DNA from: Azolla caroliniana
Taxonomy: Eukaryota > Plantae > Polypodiophyta
DNA: 64,000 bases
Assembly (NCBI GenBank): GCA_043228905.1
Contig: JBHGNT010000018.1
Coordinates: 2,294,001-2,358,000, forward strand
Reading direction: 5' to 3'
How positions within the stretch are numbered: position 1 is the first letter of the stretch; every line of letters starts with the position of its first letter. This document shows positions 24,401-36,801 of the stretch, piece by piece. A program made the position numbers and the translations under genes. The notes beneath the pieces were generated by a model. That model saw only the letters and a program-made list of their open reading frames with translations, was not told where the DNA came from and did not search any database.

Positions 24401-27400
24401 ACGCCGTGGAGGCGGTCTCTTTTGACCACACCTTGGGGCAACTACGGAAGGTGTTCGTAGAAGGCCTCAATGAGGACCGGACGGTTCCGGTTAATTCTGT
24501 GGAAATATACGAAGTCATCCCTGACTTCGGTGAAAAGGTCAAGTTTGATCGGACGGCCTGCATAGATACGAAGTACAAGACTGTGGACTAGAAGGTGAGG
24601 CCAGTCGTGGCACCCTTGCCGGAAGGTAGCGGGGAGCGACTAAAGGGGGTCATGTCCGACCCAAGTTTGCGGATTCCAACTGCCATAGGACACCGGTTCA
24701 CCGACATAACGCTACGGGAGCTCAAGATCGGTGGGGGTGGCTTCCTACTGCCAACGGAGGAGGAACGGTTTCGGAGAATGCTCGGGAGGCACGGGAAAGC
24801 CTTCGCATTCTCACCGGAGGATATCGGGTGCGTAAACCCGTCGATCGTAGAATCAATGGTGATATTCACAGTGCCACATGTGCCGTGGAATCTCAAACCG
24901 ATTCCAGTACCCATAGCTCATGTCCCGAAGTCGACGGAGCTGCTGAAGCAGAAAGTGGAGATGGGCATCCTCGAACCATCGAGTGCCCCGTATTCGAATC
25001 GATGGTTTACTGTGCCAAAGAAGAACGACACGTTGCGCTTCATTCAGGACCTGCAGCCAGTCAATAAAGTGACCATGCAGAATGCAGGAGTCAGATCGAC
25101 GATCGACGAGTTTGCAGAGGCCTTCTCCGGGAGGTCGATCTATACTCATGGTACGACCAGTTCCAACTAGCCGAGGAGAGTAGGGATGTCACGATGATGC
25201 AGACACCTCTCGGCTTAGTGCGGATGTGTACCCTACCACAAGGAGGGACAAACTCAATGGCGCACAAGGTGAATGCGATCAACAAGGTGCTGAGGGACTG
25301 CATCCCGGACATCACTAGACCATTTTTGGACGATATACCAATAAAGGGGTGCCCGGTGGAGGATAAGGATGAAAAGGTCGGGCCGGACGAATGCCGGAGA
25401 TTCGTGGCGTACCACATTGACAACTGCAAGAAGGTGGTGCAAAGACTAGAGGGTGTGCGACTCACCCTCTCTGGAGAGAAGTTGGGTTTCGGGCAGTCAG
25501 AGATCCTTGTGGTTAGTCACCTGTGCGGGCCTTACGGTCGGAAACCGTCTCCGGCAAAGGGAGAGGCCATCTCCGCGATGAAGGAAGAATGCAAGTCTGT
25601 TATGAAGGTGCAGAGGTTCCTAGGGGCGTGCGCGTTCTATCACATTTGGATCCTGCACTACGCGCACGTCGCAGAACCACTCTACGGGTTGGTAAAGAAA
25701 GGTCGAAAATTCGAATGGAGTAACAAACATACGGAATCAATCCGGAGATTAAAAGAGGCGCTTACTACGGCACCGGCTCTCCGAAAAGTGGTTTACAGTA
25801 AGGAGGTTCCCATCTACGTAACTGTAGACACAAGCCCGACCGGGATCGGATGGGTGATCAATCAGGAGGACGAGAGCAGTGTGCGGTTCCAGATCCGGTT
25901 CGGGGCGAAGGTATTGAGCAAGTGGCAGTGAGGATACGCCCAAGTCAAGCGCGAACTATGGGGTATCATTTCGGCAGTAAGGGCCGACAAGGACTATCTA
26001 ATCAGGACAGAAGTAATAATCGAGACAAACTGCCTACTGATTCTCGGTATGGTTTCCGGATGCGTGACTCCGGACCTGGCAATGCTCAGGTGGATTGCGT
26101 ACATCAAGTCCCTAAATCCAAAGATACGACACATCTCCGATAAAGACAACACCATGGCCGATATGCTTTCAAGAGCGCGGTTCGACGAAGAAGACGACAT
26201 GGTTTCGGAGGACGAAGAAGTTGGTGAGGACTTCTTCGAGTCGGCTCGCATAGCGACGAGGGCAGGAAGCACTCCAGTGCTTAATGAGTTAGACGAGAGC
26301 AAGTACAATAGGGAATGGCTCCAAATTGGTGGGTTCCTGAAAACGATGACGTCGGGCACAACGTGGACAAGGGAAGAGGCTAACTGGATCTGGAAGAAAG
26401 CGTACCGATTCTTCCTACGGGAGACGGCGTCCCACCTGAAGGAGGAGCAGGAAGCATTGCTGACAGCATACCACGAGAGTCCTTGGGCCGGACATCGGGG
26501 GACATGGGCCACGTTTGAAAAGCTGAAGGAGAAGTACTGGTGGCCGGGACGTGCATCGGTTTGTGACGACTTGCGAAAGCTTTCAGATGCATTCCATAGT
26601 CCGACATCGGGACAAGCAGCACCCGACTTACCCGCTGACCGTCCACTTCAAGTGGATGGTGGATCTGGTGACGATGCCGATGGTTGTAGGGCAGATGCGA
26701 TACCTGGTGCTAGCACGAGAAGATTTGACGAACCAGGTGGAGGGGCGAGCATTACCAAAGAAGACGACCGCGGCCATGTGCTGGTTCCTAATCGAGGAGG
26801 TGGTGTGTTGGTACGGGTGCGTAGGGAAGATTGTCGCTGGTGCTAGCACGAGAAGATCTGACGAACCAGGTGGAGGGGCGAGCATTACCAAAGAAGACGA
26901 CCGCGGCCATGTGCCGGTTCCTAATCGAGGAGGTGGTGTGTCGGTACGTGTGCGTAGGGAAGATTGTAGCACACCATGTAGAACTGGATGCACAAGAGGC
27001 CGAAGTCGGGAATTGGCCACAGGTCCTACCCTACGCATTGTGGGCAGACCGCACTACGCACAGTTTGGTAACCAGGTTCATGTCAGCGGAGCTGATGTAT
27101 GGGCCGAAGCCGATCATGCCGATGGAGCGAACGATCTCCTCGTGGACCGTTGTCACGTTGTTACGCGCGTGCGTGGAGAACGAGGCAGGACCACAGAGAC
27201 CTTGGACCAAGAAATAACCGAATGAGAAGAGGGGAAGGAAACTATCGATGTACTTCACACGCGCACGGACATACAGATTCACAGGAGTTGAACAATGGAG
27301 ACAGAACGAATGTATATGTATATATAAACCAAGGAGTTACACCCGGCAAGCCGGCGAGTGATAGGCTCCGACGCCTGCACACACACACACCCACACACAC

Positions 27401-30400
27401 AAAACGCGAGATGGAGAACACACAGAACGCGAGATGGAGACTTTGTCGGAAGCACTCGGGCGTTCCGCGGAGCAGAGTCAGCCTCCCGAAAACCTGCACA
27501 GAACAACTATGGAGACGACAAAGGAGAAGAGCTTGGTTCCAGTCTGGCAGCACTTCGTCCTCCACAAAACGCAATAATTTTTACAATACCTCTCCCTCTC
27601 TTTTATAGCCCGAGGGAGGCCGTTACCACCCGTTACATCATGTTTATTCCTTGTCCTTTCAGATAGGGATATGCTTTGATTTTCTCCCTAATGAATGTGT
27701 GCTACCTAGGATTTCACCTCAACCGACTTGTACCTACCTACGACAAAACCCTATACGACAAAACTTGTGCCCACGTGTAAGGGCCGGTTTACGCACATTA
27801 TACCCGGTTTCCGCCTAGGGACGGTTTTCTCCACGACATCCGCCCCCAGCTAACCGTGCATCCACCGGTATGCGCCAAAATTAGACGCTTGCCAGAGAAG
27901 ACAGGCCCACGCTTATCCTTCGCCTTCCGAATTGACATCTGTTCCAAGTCGGTCGTTGTCGCTATCCAGGTCGTCCAGGTCCGGTTCATCCTCGTGCCAC
28001 TTTTTGAACACTTTGATCCTTTTCCGCGCCACCAGTACCGCCATCCTTGTCCCGTCGAGCTCCGCGAGATGGTAGGTCCCATTGTTTTTGGTGCTTGTCA
28101 CCGCATAAAGCCCGAACCACCTTCTTGCGAACTTCCGCGTTGCCCTGTGCTGGTTGTCGAGGTTGTTGTCATACACTAGAACCCAGTCGCCTTCCTCGAT
28201 CTTCTTCGGTTTCAATCGGTGAGTCTGGTCGAACCATCCTTTGTTCTTTACCCTCACCGCCCGTAGCTTCTCCGCGGCTCGGCCCACGTCCTCCGGTCTT
28301 CGCTCCAGTTGCGGAATCCGTGCCGCTAACAGCTCCTCCCGACTCATCTTGTCTTTCCAGTTCACCGTGGCCCATGAGGAGATTGTCTACTCCGTTGGCA
28401 TGATCTGCTTCTGCCCGTACATTAGCTCTGCCGGCATGAACCTGGTCAGCCCACAACGCATAGGGTAAGAGCCACGGCCAGTTCCCGACTTGGCCTACAC
28501 ACGCCCGTACTAACGCTTTGACGATCGGCCCATGTCCGCGTTCCACCTTCCCGTTAGCCTCTGGATTGTACGTTGTGGTGAGCGAGAGTTTAATCCCTAG
28601 CTGGTCAAACAGCTCTTCCGCCTCTTGCGCGTCCAACTCCCCGCGGTCGACCACGGTCTTACCTACGCATCCATACCGGCATACCACTTCTTCGATCAGA
28701 AATCGGCATACGGTTGCGGTCGTTTTGTTCTGCAATGCTCGGCCTTCCACCTGGTTCGTTAGGTCCTCCCGAGCCATCACCAGATACCACATCTGCCCTA
28801 CCCCCATCGACATCGTCATCAGATCCACCATCCACTTCAAGTGGACGGTCGGAGGGTAGGTCGGGTGAAGCTCGTCCCGATGTCGGACTATGGACCGCAC
28901 CTGACAGCTTTCGCAAGTCATCACGAACCGATGCACGTCCCAGTATAGTCCCGGCCACCAGTACTTCCCCTTTAGCTTCTCGAATGTGGCCCACGTCCCG
29001 ATGTGTCCGGCCTAGGGACTCTCATGATACGCCGTCAGTAATTCTTCCTGTTCCTCTTTCTTCGTCACCACTCAGAGCAGAATGTCGTGTCTTTTCTTCG
29101 GATGCTTCCATATGCTCCCGTCCCGTAGGAAGAATCGGTACACTTTCTTCTGAACCTGGTTGGTCTCTTCCTTCGTCCACGCCGCGTCCGGTGTCATTGT
29201 CTTCAGGAACCCGCCGATCTGGAGCCACTCCTCGTTGTACTTGCTCTCGTTGAATTCGTTAAGCGCCGGAGTGCTCCCCTTTCTTGTTGTTACGTTAGCC
29301 GACCCGAAGAAGTCCTCGCCGACTTCTTCGTTATCCGAAACCATGCCGTCCTCGTCGTTGAACCGCGCCCTTGAAAGCATATCGGCCATCGCGGTATCCT
29401 TTCCGAGGATGTGTCGTAACTCCAGGTTCAAGGACTTAATGTACGCGATCCACCTGATCATCGTCAGGTCCGGAGTCGCCCATCCGGAAACCATGTCGAG
29501 AATTGGCTGGCAGTCCATCTCGATTATCACCTCTATCCCAATCAGGTAGTCTTTATCGGCCTTGACCTCCGAAACAATACCCCAGTGTTCGCGTTTAACC
29601 TGGGCGTATCCTTGTTGTCGCTCACTGAGGACTTTCGTGCCAAACCGGATGGGGAACCTCGCGCCATCGTCATACTCCTTGTTGATTACCCATCCGATCC
29701 CGGTCGGACTCGTGTCCACGATCACGTAAATCGGAGTGCCTTTGCCGTAGACACCCTTTCGGAGCGCCAGTGCCGCGGCAAGTGCTTCTTTCATCTTCCG
29801 GACCGACTCCGTATGCTCGTCTCTCCACTCGAATTTACGCCTTTTCTTCAGCAACCCATAGAGCGGCTCCGTGACGTGGGCGTAATGCGGAATCCAAATA
29901 TGGTAGAACGCACATGCTCCCAAGAATCTCTGAACCTCTATAACCGAATTGCAGTCTTGCTTCATCGCGGAGATGGCCTCTACCTCCGTCAGGGATGGCT
30001 TCCGGCCGTAAGGCCCGCACAGGTGTCCGACTACCAACATCTCCGACTATCCGAAGGCTGATTTTTCTCCGAAGAAGATGAGCCACGAGCTCTCGAGTCT
30101 TTGTAGCACCTTCTCGCAGTCGCGGATGTGATCCGTCATGAACCTCCGGCAACCGTCACGCCCGACCTACTCGTCCTTGTCCTCCACCAGACATCCTTTG
30201 ATCGGGATGTCGTCCAAAAATGGCATGGTGATGTTCGGGATACAATCCCTAAGCACTTTGTTCATTGCGTTCACCATGTGGGCTACCGAGTTTGTTCCCC
30301 CTTGCGGTAGGGTACAAATCCGAACTAGGCCGAGAGGAGTCTGCATCGTCATGACATCCCTGCTGTCTACGGCTACTTGGAACTGATCGTACGCTAAGTA

Positions 30401-33400
30401 CAGATCACCGACTGAGTAGATCGACCTCCCCGCGAAGGCCTCCGCGAACTCATCAATGGTCGGTCTGATACCTGCGTTTCGAATGGTCACCTTGTTGACC
30501 GGCTGCAGGTCCTGTATGAAGCGCAGTGTGCCATTCTTCTTTGGCACTGTAAACCACTGATTCGAATATGGGGCACTCGACGGTTCGAGGATGCTCATCT
30601 CCACCTTCTATTTCAGCAGCTCCATCAGCTTCGGGATGTGAGCTCTGGGTACCGGAATTGGTTTGAGATTCCACGGCACATGTGGTACCGTGAAGATCAC
30701 CATTGCTTCCACAACCGTCGGGTCTACGCACCCGATCTCCTCCGGTGAGAATGCAAAAGCCTTCCCGTGCCTCCCGATCATTCTCCGAAACCGGTCCTCT
30801 TCCGCCGGCAGTAGAAAGCCACCCCCACCGATCTTGAGCTCCCGTAGCGTTATGTCGGTGAACGTGTGTCCTATGCTGGCCGGATCTCGTAAACTTGGGT
30901 CCGACACGACCCCCTTTATCCGTAACTCGCTACCCTCCGGCAAGGGTGCTGCAACTGGCCTCACCTTCTGGTCCACAGTCTGGTACTTCGTATCCACTCG
31001 GGCCATCCAATCCGACTCGAGTCCCCTACCGAAGTCGGTGATGACTTCGTACATCCTTTCCGAACATACTGGAATCGTTTGGTCCTCATTAAGGCCTTCT
31101 TCGAACACCTCCCGTAACTTCCCCAAGGTGTCTTCGAAAGAGACCGCCTCCACGGCCCCGTTGATTTCCTCTTCAGGGCCGAGGACCCTGCATGCCCGAA
31201 GTCGCTACTCCGCCCGCTTCTTTTCCCAGCCAACTACGGTGGCTATCGTACAACCTCCGCTATCGGAGAACCAAAGTTTCCTACATGTTACGGGCATGAC
31301 CATATAATATCTCGTTGTGAGAATTTACCGTAGTATTCTATACACGTGGATAAGTGTGAGGGTTAAACGAGAGTGTAGAGAAGGGGAGGATTACTTTTAA
31401 ATCCTCGGGATTGAGACAACCCATTAGGCCAAGTGTGAACATGGTTGGGGGCCTTGGGTATCGCTATAAATAAGAGGCCTAGCTACCCTCATTTGACTAT
31501 CTTATTGACTACGTCGAGACTCTGTCTTGTGGTGGGTCAACTCTTGTAGCGAGCGCGCCAACACCAGGTACGACTCGACGCCACGACGGTGGTATGGGAC
31601 GCCGATCGAGGCTCGAGTCCGTCTCGATCCCTTCGCTCGGGGGTGGTCGGGTGGATCGGCACCCTTCTTTCTCTCTCTCCTTTCTTTCTATCTACCTATA
31701 TCTATCCTTATCTAATGCTTACTTTAGTACATGTCTCTAATATTTGGTATCCAAGCCTATGTACTAATGTTTCTTTTGTTGGTCTTATCTTCTTGATGGA
31801 TGGCGATCGATCGTTGTGTGGTTGGCCTTCATGCAGACAAGGATCAACAAGGAACTTCGGTAATCTTTCTTTATATTTTTTTGGTCTATTTTTTCTTCTC
31901 CCATCTAATCATGTGTATGGTTAATATGTAGATTATTTTCATTAATTAAATGATGTTGTAATGGTATTTAATTGGTTATCTAAAACGCTTACATATGTGC
32001 ACGGGGTCAATACCTCGTTTGACATATAAATAATATGTGATGAGTGTCGTATGCGTACGAGGTTAATACCTCAATTACGTATTACGTTCACGAACATATG
32101 TTACGTTTGCGTATGAGGTCAACACCTCGATTTTGTTGTAAATAAATGATATGCGTACGAGGTTAATACCTTAATTACGTATTACATTAAACCCTTATTT
32201 TTGGATGTCTCGTGTGCGTAGAGGTATATGCCTCGATTACGTATCTCGATTACGTCATTTTTGGCTATTAAATATAACGATTTCTTTAATATACGCATGT
32301 GGTCACGTGTATACGTAGTTGATCGTATATATGTGATAATATACATGTGTATATACGTTCTTACGTGATTTTAAATTGAATGTTTTCCTTTTCGGGGAAA
32401 GGTTCTTGCTGGCCGTCCTCACATTTTTGTGAGAATCGTGTTGTCACCGTCCTTTTTTTCAACAATTTTTTATTGTTGAAATCCCCGTTGGTGACTTCGA
32501 TATTTCGTTATGTAAAGAAACGTTATATCCATAATGATTTTGAGTACGTAGGGCTTGACCCACTTCATGTGAGGTCGCTCTTATGACACACGTATCCAAC
32601 ATCCCTCCCTCATTACATGGATACGATGCCACCATGAGATCTTCTTACGAGAGGCATTCGTATTGACATGACCATGTGATGGGCCACGTGGGCCTACTAC
32701 GAAAAGAGGGTTCATTTGGCTTGACCATAAGGTTGCACTTTGGCGTATGCCATCGTAATTACGAGACTTGAGGTTAGGTAACGTACCAACATAGTTGTAG
32801 TAAATGAGGGCGAAATAAGGACTCTTGACATATATGTTTCTTTTAAAAAAACATATATGGGCAAATGCCTCGCATATCCCTTATACACATGAAACATTAA
32901 ACATTCAAGAAGAGCAACCTACTTGGTTGGCTCAAGTGTTTAATGCATTTGTTCTCGAGGTCTCGAGTTCAAATATGACCAAGACCATACAACATCGTTG
33001 ATACATATAACTATAACACATGTTTAGACTTGAGGTCTAAGTGCACTTTGGGGTCCTCGTAATAGGACTTAAAGAGCCCAAACCACATATGTGGGCACCG
33101 AAACATAGTTTATTGTTAACATTTTTTTCGTGTATAAACTATTCATGACACGAACATACATGGTTGAGCCTCGGGGAGCCACCATGAAAAAATCGATATA
33201 GAGATCAGGGAAAGACATTTATTTGTCACCCCCATGGTTTTTAAAACACCTTTGTGTTACCATAGTAACATGATCTTGAACCTCATCTCATACGTCTAGA
33301 GGGGTATTATTGACGTGAGATAATGATATCGATTAATGCTCGCCCATGATAGGTTTACATCACGACATGATCTTATGACTATCTCTCTGACATTATCCTA

Positions 33401-33425
33401 TTTCTTTTCCAAAAATAATCATTTA

Positions 33426-34116
33426 ATGGCTCAAAATAACAACCCGATGTCCTCCGCTCAAGCGGAAGGAACTCAAGGGAATCCTCCTAGACAAATGTCT
33501 ATTGAGATGTATTTTTCGCAAATAACCCAATACCTTAGTTTCACCGCTCAACAGATGACCGAACTTCGGCAATCTCAAAGTGCTCTCGAGGCACGTGTCA
33601 TTAGTCTACAACGTGAGACTAATAGACCTGATGAGCGACATGGTGAACCATCGTTTGTCGATAAGCCATTTACGGGAGACAAAAAGGAAAGAACCGAAGA
33701 AGCAATTTGCACGTGGCTGGGCCGATGGGAGTCTCATTTTGAGCTCTATCCCATGCCATATAGTACGAAGATTGCATATGTCGGCCGAGAACTAGGGGGT
33801 AAGGCCGCTGCTTGGTGGCGTGGGTTCCGTACTTTGGGGAAATTGCCCAATACCTGGACAGATTTTGTCACAGTTTTCAAGGGCCAATTTCTACAACCTC
33901 CCTCTCGAACCGAGGCAGCACAAGCTTTAATGAACCGAGCTCTAGTCGGAAATTTTCCTCGCTAGAAGATTATGTCCACCATGCTAGAACCCAAATCCAA
34001 AAATCGGGTCTAGAAGGGGACTATTGGTTAATAGCTTGTTTTGTCAATGGCATCCCCAATTCGGACTATCACTGGATAGTGCACGATAAGGATCCAAAAT
34101 CCTTTGAAGAGGCCGT
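33426..34116 (+). pseudogene. E5 gag (frameshifted, interrupted by E6)
   Basis: PFTGDK..TWLGRWESHF..LGGKAAAWW..TWTDFVTVFKGQF, then LEDYV..FVNGI..PKSFEEAV. Confidence 0.85.
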
Positions 34117-34927
34117 TGTCGTGAAGAAAACCGTCCATAAGCGGAATCGGCGCACCAAGGCGTGGGAACCGGTTCTTCACGCGCGCACGCTCCAAGTTGT
34201 ACATAGAAGCGAATTAGGAGGTTAATCGGCGGGAACGGGTCCTAACACAAGTGGAGACAAAGACCGCGCGAACAGTCTTTTCGGTCGCGCGCGCGAGCTA
34301 AGGAACTGTACGAGTCGGCGGCGTAACTGCGCGGATGCGTGAAGGACGGAGCGGATCCCTGTTCAAAAGGGACAGGGAATAAAGCTGACATGACAGCCTG
34401 CTCGTCGGCCTATATAAGGAGCAGGAAAGAGCTGTTGCAGGCATCTCGGGCAGAGAGGACGAAGTGCTGTCGGACCGTTTTCTGGACGCTTCTCTCTCTG
34501 TTTCCTTCCTTCTTGAGCTCCATAGCTTTCTGTGCAGGGTCCCGAGGAGGCTCGCGCTGTTTCGAGGAACGCCCGAGTGCTTCCGGCAGCACCTCCGACC
34601 TGCAACCCCTTTGTGCGTCGAAGCGAACAAGCGTCGGCATCTGTTTGCCGGCCTGTTCGGTTGTAACCAACCTGTGCCCCATCGAGGGTTGTAGTCGTCT
34701 TAGCCATTTTTGTTAATATACATATTTAGTCATTCGCATCTGTCGGTGTCGGTGTCTGTTCGCGTTATCCGTGCTGAAGGGCCGTGTCCCTGTGTATCCC
34801 CGGTCCTGCGTAGCCGGTTCTCTCTCTTTCTCCCCCCCTCGCTTGCTCTTTGGTTCGAGACCCCCGCGGTCCCGCCTCGTTTCCACACGCACTTGCGTAA
34901 TATCTCAACATCTTTGGTGAACCCGAC

Positions 34928-36745
34928 GTGAAGGAGGCGGCAGAAGAGCAGAAGATGAGGGGGTCGGATCTTGTAGAGGCCATGGCTTCGGCCGTGGATC
35001 GGATTGTAAACGCGCGCGAGGGCACCGGTGCCCTCGACAGAGCTATTGAGGCGGTCGTCGGCACGATCGGCCAGTTCGATGGGAAGGATGCCACGAAGTA
35101 TTTGGCGTCCTACGGTGCAGAGATGCTAATGCGGGACATTCCGGAAAAAAGGCGTCTTGCCGGATTTCCCCGAGTGGCGGCTGTCAAGAAAGTCTGTGGC
35201 CGTTTCGACAAACGGCGAGAATGGGCGGATAACGGGGCAACCGGGTCGGGCTCAGTCGCAGCAAGGAAGCTCGAACCAGCGCCACAGGTGCGAAAGGAAG
35301 AGACCCGAGAGTGGTTGGAAACCGGTTCGGCTTCGACCGGCGTAGTCAGAGGCTCAACCGGAGGAGCGGCGCTGGAGGAATTGACGAGGGCGATAAAGGA
35401 CCTCCAAATCGCGCAAGCCCGAAGGGAAGGTGGCGAACCGGCTCGTGACCGACGGCCAGCGGCAGGAAACAGGTGCATGTGGTGCGATGAAGTCGGCCAC
35501 ATTCGGAAGGACTGCGGCGACTTCGCGGAGGCGCTGAGGAACAGGGTGGTGTACCTGTGGGAAGGACGGGTGCATGCCAGCGACACCCGAAGGGCCCTGA
35601 GCCGAAACGACGGGCGAGGTGGTATGAAAAGGTTGATGGAAGAGGCGGCGGCCCGACACGCGGAAACCGTCCACTACTCGGCGTCGGCCGGCATACGAGT
35701 CGGGGGCGGCGAGGCCCGAAGGGAAAGCAAAGCCGGATTCTGGCCGACAATGCTGGAAGGCCTTGCCAGTGCAAGGCTTAAAAGGGAGGAATCGGACCGT
35801 GCGGAGAAACGGGTACGGGAGATGACCGGGTGGAGCGACCCGGTCGAGGAAAAGACGGGCTTCGTGGAAGCCGCTTGCCAGAACTACAAGGCTCTGGTGG
35901 AAGAGAAGCGGGTGGGGAAACCCGGGACGACAGGGCCCTCACAACGATACGAGACCCGGTCCGGGCCACGACAGGACGAAGCCCGCGGGGCCGGTGCGCA
36001 AGATAAACCCCAGAAGGGCGGGTACCGTCTGGGGACGGAGATAGAAAGGACCACGGACTTACGAAAGGTCCTGCAGGAACGGATCCTCGACAGCAAGGTG
36101 GAGTTGTCGCTACGAGAGGTGCTGGGAATCGCCAAGAAGGAGTTCCACGACTCCATCGTGGACTTGGTGAAACGGAAGAGGCTGTCAACGGAGACAGAAC
36201 CGGAAAGACCGGTGGAAGTGCGGACGACGCACCTAGACGACATGGCGCTAGGAGACGAGTGGGCGGAAAGCCACTATTCGAGACCACACTGGGCCCGAGC
36301 GACCACGGAAACCCCGGTGAAGATCGGCGATGTCCAGGAACCGGTGATAGCTTTGGTGGACCACGGATCGGAGATCAATTTGATGTCCATGGACTTCTAT
36401 AAGAAGGGCAAATGGCCGATCAACACCAAGCACGGGTGGAAAATAAGGGCAGCAATGCGCGCCACCGAGGAACTGCACGGGGCCTGTCCGAATGTGCGAG
36501 TCAAGATCGGCGACGTCGAGATTGACCAGCACTTCTTCATGCAGGAGACGTCTTCGCATCCGGTCATACTGGGAGAGCCGTACATCACGGCGGCACGAAT
36601 GGAGACCAAGGTGCTGGACAATGGTTCGGCCTACGCGAGGGTCAAAAGCCAAGACGGGCGGCATTCGGTCCAGTTTCTGACGGTACGGCCGAACCACGAA
36701 CGTAACCGCGACTCCCTCGGTTCCGAAAACCGAGAGGATTTTTAG
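34928..36745 (+). CDS. E6 Gag-protease ORF (605 aa, with in-frame internal Gag deletion)
   Basis: GQFDGKDATKYL, CMWCDEVGHIRKDC, IALVDHGSEINLM, VILGEPY. Ends at gag-gat-ttt-TAG. Confidence 0.88.
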   Translation: MKEAAEEQKMRGSDLVEAMASAVDRIVNAREGTGALDRAIEAVVGTIGQFDGKDATKYLASYGAEMLMRDIPEKRRLAGFPRVAAVKKVCGRFDKRREWADNGATGSGSVAARKLEPAPQVRKEETREWLETGSASTGVVRGSTGGAALEELTRAIKDLQIAQARREGGEPARDRRPAAGNRCMWCDEVGHIRKDCGDFAEALRNRVVYLWEGRVHASDTRRALSRNDGRGGMKRLMEEAAARHAETVHYSASAGIRVGGGEARRESKAGFWPTMLEGLASARLKREESDRAEKRVREMTGWSDPVEEKTGFVEAACQNYKALVEEKRVGKPGTTGPSQRYETRSGPRQDEARGAGAQDKPQKGGYRLGTEIERTTDLRKVLQERILDSKVELSLREVLGIAKKEFHDSIVDLVKRKRLSTETEPERPVEVRTTHLDDMALGDEWAESHYSRPHWARATTETPVKIGDVQEPVIALVDHGSEINLMSMDFYKKGKWPINTKHGWKIRAAMRATEELHGACPNVRVKIGDVEIDQHFFMQETSSHPVILGEPYITAARMETKVLDNGSAYARVKSQDGRHSVQFLTVRPNHERNRDSLGSENREDF

Positions 36746-36801
36746 AGAGGACTGCCAAGGCGTGGGGCCGCGACAGTCCGGATGCTCCGGGAAAACCCCA
36801 C
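36736..36801 (+). promoter_or_regulatory. Putative -1 programmed ribosomal frameshift signal (slippery heptamer + pseudoknot)
   Basis: G-GAT-TTT then TAG. Stem ggactg (36749) / cagtcc (36774). Loop gtgggg (36762) is complementary to ccccac (36796). Pol is open in the -1 frame from the heptamer. Confidence 0.75.

Noticed and set aside
32000-32255. CRISPR-like palindromic repeat array
   Set aside because: Repeats are degenerate, spacers are mutually similar, there are no cas genes, and it lies in a eukaryotic retroelement leader.
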